NCBI GenBank assembly: GCA_049511215.1
Contig: JBEKYG010000002.1
Location: forward strand, 1 to 34,989
From: Acidobacteriota bacterium
GTDB taxonomy: Bacteria; Acidobacteriota; UBA6911
Direction of reading: 5' to 3'
DNA length: 34,989 nt
The translations under genes were made by a program, and so were the position numbers. Below the pieces are notes generated by a model, which did no database searches, was not told where the DNA came from, and saw only the letters and a list, made by a program, of their open reading frames with translations. Positions 8,058 through 18,220 of this stretch are shown piece by piece (the first letter of the stretch is position 1; every line of letters starts with the position of its first letter).

Positions 8058-10223
8058 CTAAACCATCCACTCCTGTTCATCCAGACCAAAGGGGGCCACA
8101 GGAACGACCAGGAATCCGGTGGACGGGAATCTCTCCAGTTCTCTGTCCTTGTCGAGAAGTGTGACGAAGAAACGGACTTCATCCGGCTCCTCGACGCCGA
8201 GCGCCTTGAGTGGGATTCCCATCTCCAGGATCTTAGCGCCGGCAGCCTTGGCTGTCTGGTCCGGGATCGGAGACCTGAATGAGTGGCAGCCCCACTGTCC
8301 TCCCGCCCGGTCAACCACCATCAGGCATTCTTTTGGTGCTACGAAGTGCAATTGCACTGATACCCCGACCGGCAGTTTTGGCAGCCCTCCGGTGAAGTCC
8401 AGGCGCACATAGAACTGTCCGGTGTCGTACCCGAAGAAGACTTTCTCAAGGTGCCGCACCACCTGGTGCATCGCCCCGCCGCCAACCGGCGTCGCAAAAC
8501 CGGCCGCAAGCCATTCGAAATAGCTCGTCACCTTGCCGTCCAATTGGGGCGAAATCGTGTGAACCGGATTCCGAAATTGCGTCCTGATATCCGCCTTCTT
8601 GATCGGAACATCCAGCCCTATTGGATAAGCTTTGCCAATCAGTCGATAGACGTTTTTGAGATGGCTTCGAAACAGGTTGTCAAACTCGACGGCATTTTCT
8701 GTCTGGTGGTCGTCTCCATACCACCAGAACCAGTCGCTCCCTTCGGCAATCATCACTTCCCGGAAGGCTCTTTCCCCCTGTTGCGCATCGGTGCTGTCGC
8801 GCTCGTAGCGGGCGAATGCCTGGCGCGCGGCAGAGAGCGCCTCCCAGGCGGCGTTTTTTTCCGGATGACCGATCCAGGTAGTCAGGCAGCTGTAAATCCA
8901 ACTGCCGGCGGCGATCGTGTCGAGGGGTTCCCGGTGTGGTTCCAGTTCGAGGAAATCGGAGAAGGTCACCGTCCGCAGAAAGTCCGCATCCACCAGCCTG
9001 CGATATAAGAGTCCCAGGAACTCGGACCCGTTCCGGGGATAATGCTCCCAGGCATTCTCTCCATCCAGGATCACCGGCGCCACGTAATGTTGCCTGTCGT
9101 CGGGCAAAGCATCGTAGATTCTGCGCAGGCGACCCAGGAAGTCCGCTACTGCCTCATCCGCGCTCCAGCGGCTGTAGGTAAATCCGATGAGGTCCGAAAG
9201 CGCATGGTCGCGAAAGAACAAGGCCGGCCCGCCGGCTCGGCTCCAGACGCGACATCTTTGTTCCAGCGATAGTAGAGTGGCACCCCCGCGCCCGGACTTC
9301 CTCAGCGAGTTTAAAAGCACCCCTTCGTCGGAAGCCAGCCAGCGCAGTCCCAGATCGTGAGCCATGCCGGATGCGGCATCGCTGATAGACCCCTCAGACG
9401 GCCACATGCCTCGAGGAGCCTGGCCAAAAACTTCCCGGAAGCGACTCTGCGCTCGTACCATGTGCTCGAGCGCATCCCCGGGGTAAGAGAACGGGCTCGC
9501 CGGCAGTGTGAGGCCAGGTGTGACCTCTCGCGCTGAAAGGCTGTCGCACAGCAGCGGCAGGATCGGGTGATAATAAGGAGAAACAGAAAGCTCGACACCG
9601 TGCTCTTCCAGGAGCTTCCGATAGAGCGGCAGAATGCGGCCGATGAAGGCAGCCTGGAGGTCCATCAGGCACGCCTTGTCTCCCTCGGTGAAGTCCCGGC
9701 CTTTGCGGAACATTTCCGCTATGGCGGGATCGCGTCTCAGTTCGTTGCCGCACCAGCTCAGATTGAACCAGACCTGCAGATCGCGATAATCCTGGTGTGA
9801 GTAACGCTTGAGGGCAGCGCTGAATTTCCCGTCGGGCTCGGCAGCGCCGCGCCGATCAAGGAGTTCCTTATATCGGGGATAGGGGAGAATCATCTGTTTC
9901 CAGGGGAGCTGGAAGAAGCTGCGGAGCAGAAAGGACTTCTCGCGCTCGTCGAGTTCCGTCGCCTTGCGCAGCGTGAGCGCGGCATACGTCTCTCCCGCTC
10001 TGCGCTTGGAATATGCCTCGAGCTGGTTGATCAATGAAGGCACGACATTGATCGTGACGTGCAGCCCGGGCACCGCGGCCACCAGGGCCCCCATGTCATA
10101 GTAGTCCTTGACAGCGTGAAACCTGGTCCAGGGGAGATAGATCTCGCCGGTCTCCTCATTGCCGTAATCCGGCTGATGCATGTGCCAGAGTATGGCGACA
10201 TACAGCGGTTTCTTGGCCATCAC
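8058..10223 (-). CDS. glycoside hydrolase family 57 alpha-glucan-active enzyme (amylase / 4-alpha-glucanotransferase-like)
   Basis: 721 aa. GH57 signatures: ILWHMHQPDY, WPSEGS (nucleophile Glu region), DGENAWEHY (acid/base region). The long C-terminal extension is typical of the larger GH57 proteins. Confidence 0.85.
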   Translation of the reverse strand: MMAKKPLYVAILWHMHQPDYGNEETGEIYLPWTRFHAVKDYYDMGALVAAVPGLHVTINVVPSLINQLEAYSKRRAGETYAALTLRKATELDEREKSFLLRSFFQLPWKQMILPYPRYKELLDRRGAAEPDGKFSAALKRYSHQDYRDLQVWFNLSWCGNELRRDPAIAEMFRKGRDFTEGDKACLMDLQAAFIGRILPLYRKLLEEHGVELSVSPYYHPILPLLCDSLSAREVTPGLTLPASPFSYPGDALEHMVRAQSRFREVFGQAPRGMWPSEGSISDAASGMAHDLGLRWLASDEGVLLNSLRKSGRGGATLLSLEQRCRVWSRAGGPALFFRDHALSDLIGFTYSRWSADEAVADFLGRLRRIYDALPDDRQHYVAPVILDGENAWEHYPRNGSEFLGLLYRRLVDADFLRTVTFSDFLELEPHREPLDTIAAGSWIYSCLTTWIGHPEKNAAWEALSAARQAFARYERDSTDAQQGERAFREVMIAEGSDWFWWYGDDHQTENAVEFDNLFRSHLKNVYRLIGKAYPIGLDVPIKKADIRTQFRNPVHTISPQLDGKVTSYFEWLAAGFATPVGGGAMHQVVRHLEKVFFGYDTGQFYVRLDFTGGLPKLPVGVSVQLHFVAPKECLMVVDRAGGQWGCHSFRSPIPDQTAKAAGAKILEMGIPLKALGVEEPDEVRFFVTLLDKDRELERFPSTGFLVVPVAPFGLDEQEWMV

Positions 10224-10530
10224 GCCTCCTCAAACCTGGAACTCTATCAACTCCACCAGCGCAATTACAAGTGGGAGTCCCCCGTACAAAAAGGCTGCAG
10301 GCTGACGGCTCGGCGCGGCCGGCGCAAAATTGTTGGGAACAACTTTGGTTGTGGCCGCCAGCCGCGCCGTGTTCTTCGTGGCTGCATCCTGGTTGCAGTG
10401 TCTGAATCGCCGCAGTTTCCCTTTGTTACTTGACCCTCCGGCCCTTTGCGCCTTAAAGTTAACAAGCGAAGCGAGCTTCCAAACAGAGTTCGATCCATCG
10501 GCGGGAACTCCATTCAAAGGAGGAAAACAC

Positions 10531-10803
10531 TTGAACAAGGGAGATCTGGTAGGAAAGATTGCAAAGGATGCAGCCATCACCAAGCGTCAGGCCGAAGAAG
10601 CGTTCGGTTCCTTGATTGGCGGTATTGCCGCCAGCCTGAAAAAGGGACGAAAGGTCACCATCGTCGGCTTCGGCACCTTTTCGGTTGCAAAAAGAAAAGC
10701 GCGCAAGGGGCGGAATCCCCAGACCGGCGCTCCGATCAAAATCGCAGCCCGCAAGGTTCCGAAGTTCACTCCTGGGAAGGGGCTGAAGGGTGTCGTAAAG
10801 TAG
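10531..10803 (+). CDS. hup: HU family DNA-binding protein
   Basis: TTG start at 10531, 7 nt after AAGGAGG (10517-10523). The 90-aa product is LNKGDLVGKIAKDAAITKRQAEEAF...GFGTFSVAKRKARKGRNPQTGAPIKIAARKVPKFTPGKGLK. The ORF-track start at 10330 would add 67 residues that look non-coding. Confidence 0.85.
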   Translation: MNKGDLVGKIAKDAAITKRQAEEAFGSLIGGIAASLKKGRKVTIVGFGTFSVAKRKARKGRNPQTGAPIKIAARKVPKFTPGKGLKGVVK

Positions 10804-10857
10804 CACTGGGTAGCCGAACGAGCGATGAAATCCGTCCGTTCGGCAGGGAGTAAGAAG

Positions 10858-10894
10858 GCAATAGGCAGTGACGCCTAGTGCCACTGCCTATTGC
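10858..10894 (+). terminator. 13-bp stem hairpin downstream of hup
   Basis: GCAATAGGCAGTG (10858-10870) is perfectly complementary to CACTGCCTATTGC (10882-10894). The loop is 11 nt and the downstream sequence is only moderately T-rich. Confidence 0.45.
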
Positions 10895-10952
10895 TGCCTG
10901 CACTTTATTGTTAGACCGTTATGCGAAGCGTAACGGGAATTTTGTTCTCGTT

Positions 10953-11062
10953 AGAAGCCAGGAGCCGGAAGCAAGAAGCCAGAACCTGGAGTGTCGAGCT
11001 CAAGGCAGTAGGCTAGCACAAGCACTGCACGAATCCATTCTGGCTCCTGACTTCTGGCTTCC
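10953..11062. repeat. heptad-repeat hairpin (GAAGCCA-type units)
   Basis: Left arm AGAAGCCAGGAGCCGGAAGCAAGAAGCCAGAACC (10953-10986) and right arm ATTCTGGCTCCTGACTTCTGGCTTCC (11037-11062), with a 50-nt spacer. It lies between the convergent hup and rpoD. Confidence 0.7.
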
Positions 11063-11089
11063 ATATCCCGCCGTTCTTTGGCGGGATAT
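11063..11089. other. 10-bp hairpin just 3' of rpoD (possible bidirectional terminator)
   Basis: ATATCCCGCC (11063-11072) pairs with GGCGGGATAT (11080-11089) around a 7-nt loop. No clear U-tract on either strand. Confidence 0.35.
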
Positions 11090-11107
11090 CGAGGGCGCAG
11101 CCCTTGC

Positions 11108-12763
11108 CTAGTTTTTGCTCACGAAATCGGCGAACTCGCGCAGCTTGCTCGAGCGATAGGGGCTGCGCAGTTTCAGGAGGGCTTTCTCCTCAATCTGGCG
11201 GATCCGCTCGCGCGTGACCTGGAACATCTCCCCCACCTCCTGCAGGGTATATTCCTTCCCCGTCTCATTCAAGCCGTATCGCATGCGCACTATCTCCTTT
11301 TCGCGAGGGGATAGAGTCTGCAGAGCCGCATCCGTTACTTCGCGCAGGCTGTGCCTCATCACGTCGTCGTCCGGAGAAATCGCGGTTTTGTCTTCGATAA
11401 ACTTGTTCAAGACCGCATCCTTGTTGTCGGAGATGGTAGCTTCCAACGAAATGGGTTCCTGAGCCGCCTTAAGAATCTGGGTGACCTTGGCCACGGGCGT
11501 TTTGAGCTCTTTTGCCAACTCGTGGACACTAGGCTCGCGTCCCATGCGCTTCGAAAGTTCGTTCGAGGTCTTCAGTACCCTGTTCATGGCCTCGACCATG
11601 TGAACCGGTATCCGGATAGTCCTGCCCTGATCCGCGATGGCGCGGGTGATGCTCTGACGAATCCACCAGGTGGCATAAGTGGAAAACTTGTGGCCCAGGC
11701 GGTAGTTGAACTTATCGACGGCCTTCATCAGTCCGATGTTTCCTTCCTGCACCAGATCAAGCAGGTCAAGTCCCGGATAGGAGTAATTCTTGGCGATGCT
11801 GAGCACCAGCCTCAGATTGGCGCGGACGAATTCATCCTTGGCCCGAGCCATCTCCGCCTTGTTCTCGTGGATCAGGTTTACGATTTTGCGCAACTCGCCG
11901 GCGTCGGTCAGATACTCGGTTTCAATGGCTCTGCGTCGGGCTCGGGCCGCGCGAATGCTGCCCGGATCCTTCTCGGCCGACCTGGACATGCCGCTGACTT
12001 TCTCGCTCCATTCCATCTGGTTTAACATGTCTTGCAAGCCACCGACCAGATGATTGATCTGATTTTCGGTCCACTCAATTTGCGCGAGCGTCTGGAACAC
12101 GGCCTCGCGGCAGTGCTTTATTTTGGCGAGCTCTTTGGCGCGGCTGCGGTCGCGAGCACCTTTGCGTTTCATGTTGATTTTCATCTCACGATAACGTTTT
12201 TCGAGTCTCTCGAGACCGCGAAGGATGCGTCGAATCTCCTGCTCGCGGGCGCGATTGCGCTCTTCCAGTGAGGCCTCGCTCTCGGTCTCATGCTGGACCT
12301 CGGTTCCGATTATCGGTATGGTTGCGCTCTGGATCACGGAAGCCGGCTGCAACTCCGCGCCGATCTCCAATAGCTTGGCAGAGCTGATCGCGGTCAGGGA
12401 AAGCAGCCGCAGCGTATTGATCTTGGCTGCTTCGATCTTCTTCGCCAGGTAGACTTCCTCCTCACGCGTGAGTAGAGGAATCTTGCTCATGCTTCGATAG
12501 TAAATGTAGAGAGGGTCGGTCGACGGCGCGCCTTCACCTTTGACCGAGGGCCGGTCTTCCGACGGCACGCGGCTAAAACGGACACGATCGACATAGTTTG
12601 CCCGAGTGACCGCGGCATATTCGTCGTCGGTCCCCATCTCGCCCCCCTCAGCACCTCCCGAATCGTAGAGATCCGAGTTCTCTGAGATTTCATCTTCTTC
12701 TAATTCAATCATGGTAGTCTCGGCCCCAACTCTGAAAACAGACTTGAAAGGCGACCTTCTCAT
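11108..12763 (-). CDS. rpoD: primary RNA polymerase sigma factor (sigma-70)
   Basis: 551 aa. Region 2 [17 protein letters not shown], region 3, and region 4.2 [28 protein letters not shown], plus an acidic N-terminus. An alternative start at Met18 (12712) is possible. Confidence 0.9.
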   Translation of the reverse strand: MRRSPFKSVFRVGAETTMIELEEDEISENSDLYDSGGAEGGEMGTDDEYAAVTRANYVDRVRFSRVPSEDRPSVKGEGAPSTDPLYIYYRSMSKIPLLTREEEVYLAKKIEAAKINTLRLLSLTAISSAKLLEIGAELQPASVIQSATIPIIGTEVQHETESEASLEERNRAREQEIRRILRGLERLEKRYREMKINMKRKGARDRSRAKELAKIKHCREAVFQTLAQIEWTENQINHLVGGLQDMLNQMEWSEKVSGMSRSAEKDPGSIRAARARRRAIETEYLTDAGELRKIVNLIHENKAEMARAKDEFVRANLRLVLSIAKNYSYPGLDLLDLVQEGNIGLMKAVDKFNYRLGHKFSTYATWWIRQSITRAIADQGRTIRIPVHMVEAMNRVLKTSNELSKRMGREPSVHELAKELKTPVAKVTQILKAAQEPISLEATISDNKDAVLNKFIEDKTAISPDDDVMRHSLREVTDAALQTLSPREKEIVRMRYGLNETGKEYTLQEVGEMFQVTRERIRQIEEKALLKLRSPYRSSKLREFADFVSKN

Positions 12764-13355
12764 ACCTTTCTTTGTGGTTATTCATGAGCAACCAGCGCCC
12801 TAGAGCCAGTTACCCCTCATCTGACCCGAGAAACGATCACATGTAATAGATCGCAGGTGACCCAAAATAGTTTCAAAAAGTGAGAGTTTTTTTTATCCTC
12901 GTAAGATCTTGATTTCTCAGACCATGGCTCACTCTTCGCAAAATGTACTAGACTTATACGCGGAATCCCTGAAAGGGTTGCAGAATATCTCTGTACTTTT
13001 TTATCCGATTTCACCGGCACCCCCTAAGAATAAAGACGCAGAGTGTGCACAAATCACAGAAGAAATAATCTCGGATTCTTAGTAAAGTTTGAATAAGCGT
13101 TTGAAACGAAATGAGATACGAGGACAATATTTTGTAGGATTCATGGGTTCCTTCATATTTTTCGGCCGCGGCTTAAGGTCATCCCCCGCCTCATTTGCAG
13201 TAATCTTATCGGCGGACTCGAATCGTGGGAGCTATCCTGTCAGGCCAGACACCGAGAGCCAACAGCAACGGCGAAGAACACGGCGCGACATGGCCGTGCG
13301 GTGAAATTCGTGGTTGCTTTTTCCCGTCTGATTCGTGGATGGGTATCGTAGGAAG

Positions 13356-13384
13356 TTGACGGATGGCAACAAATTCACTAATAT
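13356..13384 (+). promoter_or_regulatory. sigma-70-like promoter for the ABC operon
   Basis: TTGACG (13356-13361), a 17-nt spacer, then TAATAT (13379-13384), about 37 nt upstream of the GTG start. Two direct ATTCGTGG copies (13306-13313, 13331-13338) lie just upstream. Confidence 0.45.
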
Positions 13385-13420
13385 TCCATTTTCTTCGAGC
13401 CAATCTGGGGAGGTTCAGGC

Positions 13421-14356
13421 GTGATAGAAGTAGATCATCTGACCAAGGTTTTTAACGGCCGGAAGGCAGTGGACGGAATTTCGTTCACCGTCCAGAAGGG
13501 CGAAATTCTCGGATTCCTGGGGCCGAACGGGGCGGGCAAGACCACCACCATGCGCATACTTACCTGCTACATGCCGGCCACCGACGGCACCGCGCGCGTC
13601 GCCGGATTTGATGTCTTCGAGGAGAGCCTCGAGGTGAGGCGCCGGATCGGCTATCTTCCGGAAAATCCACCTCTGTATCCGGAAATGACCGTTTCGTCCT
13701 ACCTGCACTTCGTTGCCAAGATCAAAGGGGCTCCTTCGCCGCAGCGGAAGGCAATCGTGGACGAGGTGATGCAGAAATGCGCCGTCGGCGATGTCCGCAA
13801 CAGGATTATCGGCAAGCTTTCCAAGGGCTACAAACAGCGGGTAGGGCTGGCCCAGGCACTGCTCAACAATCCTGAGGTGCTCATCCTGGATGAGCCGACG
13901 ATCGGGCTTGACCCAAAACAGATCTTCGAAGTTCGCTCCCTCATAAAGGCTCTGGCGGGAAATCACACGGTGATCCTGTCAACCCACATCCTTCCCGAAG
14001 TAAGCATGACCTGCAACCGCGTGGTGATCATCAACAACGGTAAGGTCGTTGCCATGGATACTCCAACCGGGCTGACCAATCAACTGAAGGGCGCCGAGAA
14101 AATTGCTCTGTCTGTGGATGGTCCGAGGGATGCCGTGATCGAGAGGCTCAGAGGCATCGACGGAGTGACCAGCATAAAGGCGGAAGGCGAGGAAAATGGC
14201 GGGCCCTCGAACTACATCGTCGAGTGCAAGCTGCAGACCGATTTGCGGCGGCAGTTGGCTCAGGAAATCGTTTCCCAGGGCTGGGGGCTGCTCGAGCTGC
14301 GGGGAGTTTCAATGAGCCTCGAAGACGTCTTCATTAACCTGGTAACACAAGAGTAG
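13421..14356 (+). CDS. ABC transporter ATP-binding protein (ABC-2 / GldA-like)
   Basis: 311 aa. Walker A GPNGAGKTT, signature LSKGYKQR, Walker B LILDEP. GTG start 7 nt after GGGGAGG. Confidence 0.9.
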   Translation: MIEVDHLTKVFNGRKAVDGISFTVQKGEILGFLGPNGAGKTTTMRILTCYMPATDGTARVAGFDVFEESLEVRRRIGYLPENPPLYPEMTVSSYLHFVAKIKGAPSPQRKAIVDEVMQKCAVGDVRNRIIGKLSKGYKQRVGLAQALLNNPEVLILDEPTIGLDPKQIFEVRSLIKALAGNHTVILSTHILPEVSMTCNRVVIINNGKVVAMDTPTGLTNQLKGAEKIALSVDGPRDAVIERLRGIDGVTSIKAEGEENGGPSNYIVECKLQTDLRRQLAQEIVSQGWGLLELRGVSMSLEDVFINLVTQE

Positions 14357-14402
14357 GGCGATCTATTCCAGGTCTACCTGTCTCGGGCTTGAGGGTTATG
14401 CT

Positions 14403-15173
14403 ATGAAAAACATTCTGGCTATCTGGCAGCGCGAGGTGAAGAGCTACTTCCTCTCCCCAATAGCCTACGTAGTGCTCACGGTTTTCCTCTTTATTGCCGG
14501 TTTCTTCTTCTACACCATCCTGACTGCATGGGTTCAGCAGACCATGATGCAGGCGGCCTATGGCCAGGGATCGCAGCCCGTGGACGTTCCCGGCATGGTA
14601 AGCCGCAGCTTTTTTGGGACCATCAGCGTGGTTCTGCTTTTCATGATTCCCATGCTTACCATGGGGCTGTTCGCCGAGGAAAAAAAGCGCGGAACCATCG
14701 AACTCCTGCTCACGACGCCTGTGGGAAATCTGCAGGCGATGATGGGAAAATATCTGGCCAGCCTGACCTTCCTGCTGATCATGTACCTTGCCAGCGGCAT
14801 CACGATCTCAGCGCTCTTCATTTATGGACAGCCGGATTGGAAACCAATCCTTGCAGGTTATTTGGGCCTGATTCTCTACGGATCAGCCCTGCTCGCGGTG
14901 GGGCTCTTCATCTCCACGCTCACTGAAAACCAGATTGTTGCCGGCGTGATTACTCTCGGTGTCATCCTCATTCTCTGGCTGGTCGACGCCCTGGCGACGG
15001 GCGCGCAGGGCATGATGAAGGATGTGCTCAGTTATCTGTCCGTCATCAGCCATCTGGATGATTTTATCAAAGGCGTGATCGATACAACGCATGTGATTTT
15101 CTATGTCACATTCGCGTTTTTCGGACTTTTCCTTACGTATCGCTCGCTTGAATCCATGCGGTGGAAAAGCTAA
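14403..15173 (+). CDS. ABC-2 type transporter permease (GldF-like)
   Basis: 256 aa, with multiple hydrophobic spans. It is positioned between the ATPase and the GldG-like gene. Confidence 0.8.
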   Translation: MKNILAIWQREVKSYFLSPIAYVVLTVFLFIAGFFFYTILTAWVQQTMMQAAYGQGSQPVDVPGMVSRSFFGTISVVLLFMIPMLTMGLFAEEKKRGTIELLLTTPVGNLQAMMGKYLASLTFLLIMYLASGITISALFIYGQPDWKPILAGYLGLILYGSALLAVGLFISTLTENQIVAGVITLGVILILWLVDALATGAQGMMKDVLSYLSVISHLDDFIKGVIDTTHVIFYVTFAFFGLFLTYRSLESMRWKS

Positions 15174-16768
15174 TGAGCAAAATTCTGCAGAAGTTAGATA
15201 CGCTGGGTTTGCTGCTTCTGATAGCGGCCGCTCTTTATTATTCCGTGAATAATATCTGGGACAAATGGGCGCTAGGGCTGGCCATTTTGGGAGGAGTGTC
15301 GATCGTCTTAGGGTTGTTTGCCAACTACAAGCAGATCATGCTGACCCTTGGCAAACGCTCGACGAAATACTTCACCAATTATGTCGTCTCCGTTGCGCTG
15401 GTCCTTGGATTGGTGGCCGGCCTCAATTTTGTCGGCCAGAGACATTCGAAGCGCTTCGACTTGACCTCGATGGGCCGGTTCACGCTCGCACCCCAGACGG
15501 CACAGATTCTCAGCAAGCTGAACAATGATGTCGACATCAAGGTGTTCTTTCCAGGCGGAGATTATCCCCCCATGAAGGAGCTCCTGACCCAGTACCGAGC
15601 CGCCAGTCGCCACCTGCGCTACGAGTTTGTCGATCCCGACAAACACCCGGAAGTCGCCAAGCAATATGGGGTCACGGAGTACAGAACATTCCAGAACCCC
15701 TTCACCGGGTCGACGCTTAAGACCGGAACGGTCCTGGTTTTTTACAACGGGCGGCAGGAGAAGATCGAGAAACGCGATCAGGAGATTCATGAAGAAGACC
15801 TGACCAACGCCATCATCAAGGTTGAGCGGACCGAGGCCAAAACCGTCTATTTCATCCAGGGGCACGGTGAGAAGGATTTGAGCGACACCGAGCGTGACGG
15901 TTATTCGGTGGTGAAGAAGGCTCTGGAGGATCAAGGTTACAAGGTTGAAACCGTAAATCTGGCGACTGCGGGCAAGGTTCCCGCCGATGCAAGAGTGCTG
16001 ATCGAGGCAGGTCCGAAGGCTGAACCCTTTCCTCAGGAACTGCCGTTTCTGAATGACTTCCTGAATGCGGGAGGCGGATTGCTGATGCTGCTGAACTCTG
16101 CTCCGGCCCCGTCTTTGAGCTCCTTCCTGAAGGGTTGGGGAGTGGCGGTGGATAACGACATCATCCTTGATGTGAGCGGCATCGGACGACTCATGGGAGC
16201 CGGTCCCGCGGTCTCGCTGGTTACGAGCTATGAATCCCACAAGATCACGGATCGGTTCAGGGAGACGACCTTTTTTCCTTTGGCCCGCTCGGTTGCGGCG
16301 GCAAAGGAATCCGTGGCAGGAGTGACTGTCGAGACTCTTTTCAAGAGTAACCCGAACAGCTGGGGCAAGACGGATTTGAAGAGTCTTCAGGGAGGGGGAG
16401 AAGTAAAGGTCGGCGAGAAGACGGATCTGCAGGGCCCCCTATCCTTGGCCGTTGCGGCCACCAAGGAGGTTAGGGCATCCTCGGATGCCGGCCCAGCATT
16501 GAAGGCCCGCCTGGTCGTAGTTGGCAACGTGGATTTTGCGATCAATGCAAACTTTGGAGCCGGAGGCAACGGCAACCTGTTTTTGAACATGGCGAGCTGG
16601 TTGGCTCAGGAAGAGGATCTGATCTCCATACGCCCCAAGGCTCCCGAGGACCGCAAGGTGATCATGTCCCAGAGCCAGGAGAGAATGCTGCAATTGCTGG
16701 CGCTGGTCTTCCTCCCCGGTGCCGTGCTTGTGGCTGGAATCATCGTCTGGACTCGCCGGAGGAGATAG
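15173..16768 (+). CDS. GldG-like ABC transport auxiliary component
   Basis: The ATG overlaps the permease stop (TAATG). N- and C-terminal TM helices flank a large soluble domain, the architecture typical of GldG-family proteins. An alternative GTG start is at 15161. Confidence 0.75.
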   Translation: MSKILQKLDTLGLLLLIAAALYYSVNNIWDKWALGLAILGGVSIVLGLFANYKQIMLTLGKRSTKYFTNYVVSVALVLGLVAGLNFVGQRHSKRFDLTSMGRFTLAPQTAQILSKLNNDVDIKVFFPGGDYPPMKELLTQYRAASRHLRYEFVDPDKHPEVAKQYGVTEYRTFQNPFTGSTLKTGTVLVFYNGRQEKIEKRDQEIHEEDLTNAIIKVERTEAKTVYFIQGHGEKDLSDTERDGYSVVKKALEDQGYKVETVNLATAGKVPADARVLIEAGPKAEPFPQELPFLNDFLNAGGGLLMLLNSAPAPSLSSFLKGWGVAVDNDIILDVSGIGRLMGAGPAVSLVTSYESHKITDRFRETTFFPLARSVAAAKESVAGVTVETLFKSNPNSWGKTDLKSLQGGGEVKVGEKTDLQGPLSLAVAATKEVRASSDAGPALKARLVVVGNVDFAINANFGAGGNGNLFLNMASWLAQEEDLISIRPKAPEDRKVIMSQSQERMLQLLALVFLPGAVLVAGIIVWTRRRR

Positions 16769-16769
16769 C

Positions 16770-18212
16770 ATGCGCTTCAAAGGTACGCTGGTTCTGTTGC
16801 TTCTTTGCGCAGGCCTGGGTATTTTCCTCTATTTCTATGAGATCAAGGGGGGCGAAGAGCGCAGCAAGTCCAAGGCCGATGAAAACGTTGTCTGGAAAGT
16901 CCCGAGCGATGAGGTGCAGCAGTTGGATCTGATCACTGCTGCCCAGCATATCACCGCCGTCCGTTCAGGCGACAAGCAGTGGAAAATCACCGCTCCCCGT
17001 CTTCTGGATGCGGATGGGGACGCGTGGAACAGCATGGCGAGCTCTGCTTCGGACATCAGCCGCGAGTCTGTGATCGAAGAGAACGCGGCCAGCCTGGCGC
17101 CGTTTGGCCTGGATCCCGCCCAGACCACGGTGGCGCTCAAGACCAAGGACGGCAAGGTCCGTCAGATCCGTTTTGGCATCAACAACCCCACCGGAAACTC
17201 TATGTACGCCGCCCTCCAGGGTAAAAACCAGGTCTTCCTGGTTGCGAGCTACGTTGCCACCGCCTTCAGCAAGAAACTCGATGACCTGCGCAACAAGGCA
17301 ATCCTCAACTTCGAACAGTTTGACACCCAGTCGTTGGACCTGCAGAGCGCCAAAGGGAAAATAAGTCTGGCGAAGGAAGGCGACCGCTGGTGGATTCAAG
17401 GTAAGGACAAATGGGCGGCCGACTCCTCTGCAGTCAATTCCCTGTTGGGCGATCTTTCCAACGGGCGCATCAAGGAGTTTTTTGAGGACAATCCGGACGA
17501 TTATGCCAGCCTTGGTCTGGATAAACCCATCCTGGAGGTGCTTCTGACGGTCGGCAAAGATAAGGCCATCAAACACCTCGTGGTTGGGCTGGAGAAATCC
17601 AAACTGCTCAAGAAAGGCCAGAAACCCAAGCCGGTAGAAAAAAAGGCCGGCGACAAGAAGACCGAGGATACCAGCCCCGTGCTTTATGTGGCGCGCGACG
17701 AAAGCCGGAAAGAGTTGTTTCTCGTCGACAAGGAATTTGTCGACAAATTCCTTAAATCGCCCGCTGACCTCAGAGACAAGGTGCTTGCCATTTTCCAGCG
17801 CTTCGATGTCGATACGATCACGGTCACTAACGCGAAAGGGACCGTGAACCTCTCCAAATCGCAAGCCGGGGACTGGCAGGTAGGAAACGCCAAGAAAAAG
17901 GCGAAATGGGATGCGGTGAACGAGATCTTCGATGCCCTGGAAAAGCCGGTCAAGGGATTCGTAGATGAGCCCGGCACGCTTTCGAAGTACGGACTCGACA
18001 CTCCGGTCGCTCACGTGGTGCTAAAACAGGGCGGAACCGTAAAGGCGGATTGCATCTTTGGCAAAGACGCCAAGGATGGAGTCTACGCGCAGATCCACGG
18101 TGAACCCTTCGTGAAGATCGCAGACAAGGAGAGCCTGGACAAGTTGGGCAAGGGAGAGGCTGATTACCTCGAGCCCGCGCAGCCTCCCACCACGCCTTTC
18201 CCTAAAAAATAG
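16770..18212 (+). CDS. DUF4340-like membrane-anchored protein
   Basis: ATG at 16770, 5 nt after GGAGGAG. The product MRFKGTLVLLLLCAGLGIFLYFYEIKGG has an N-terminal anchor and repeated W-x-I/L..P modules with YGLD-type motifs. A DUF4340 gene commonly follows gldG-like genes, as far as I recall. Confidence 0.65.
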   Translation: MRFKGTLVLLLLCAGLGIFLYFYEIKGGEERSKSKADENVVWKVPSDEVQQLDLITAAQHITAVRSGDKQWKITAPRLLDADGDAWNSMASSASDISRESVIEENAASLAPFGLDPAQTTVALKTKDGKVRQIRFGINNPTGNSMYAALQGKNQVFLVASYVATAFSKKLDDLRNKAILNFEQFDTQSLDLQSAKGKISLAKEGDRWWIQGKDKWAADSSAVNSLLGDLSNGRIKEFFEDNPDDYASLGLDKPILEVLLTVGKDKAIKHLVVGLEKSKLLKKGQKPKPVEKKAGDKKTEDTSPVLYVARDESRKELFLVDKEFVDKFLKSPADLRDKVLAIFQRFDVDTITVTNAKGTVNLSKSQAGDWQVGNAKKKAKWDAVNEIFDALEKPVKGFVDEPGTLSKYGLDTPVAHVVLKQGGTVKADCIFGKDAKDGVYAQIHGEPFVKIADKESLDKLGKGEADYLEPAQPPTTPFPKK

Positions 18213-18220
18213 ACCCTGCT

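Noticed and set aside
10330-10530. N-terminal extensions implied by the longest-ORF track: hup 10330, DUF4340 16719, rimP 18347, truB 24607, TPR 26245, ispE 28236, rpsF 31954, rplI 32508.
   Set aside because: The extensions run through repeats, terminators, promoters or upstream genes. Internal starts with good Shine-Dalgarno spacing give canonical N-termini.
12967-12977. The 11-mer CCCTGAAAGGG (a GAAA-loop mini-hairpin) shared by 12967-12977 and 20482-20492.
   Set aside because: Shared 11-mers are expected by chance many times over in 35 kb, so this gives no support for homology.
16965-18014. Long antisense ORFs: 16965-18014 (349 aa), 15308-16240 (310 aa), 19498-20379 (293 aa), 32658-33524 (288 aa) and 33421-34206 (261 aa).
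   Set aside because: Each lies opposite a confidently identified gene (DUF4340, gldG-like, nusA, rplI/dnaB). They have Arg/Gly/Leu-rich, low-information translations with no recognisable motifs. Such shadow ORFs are expected in GC-rich DNA.
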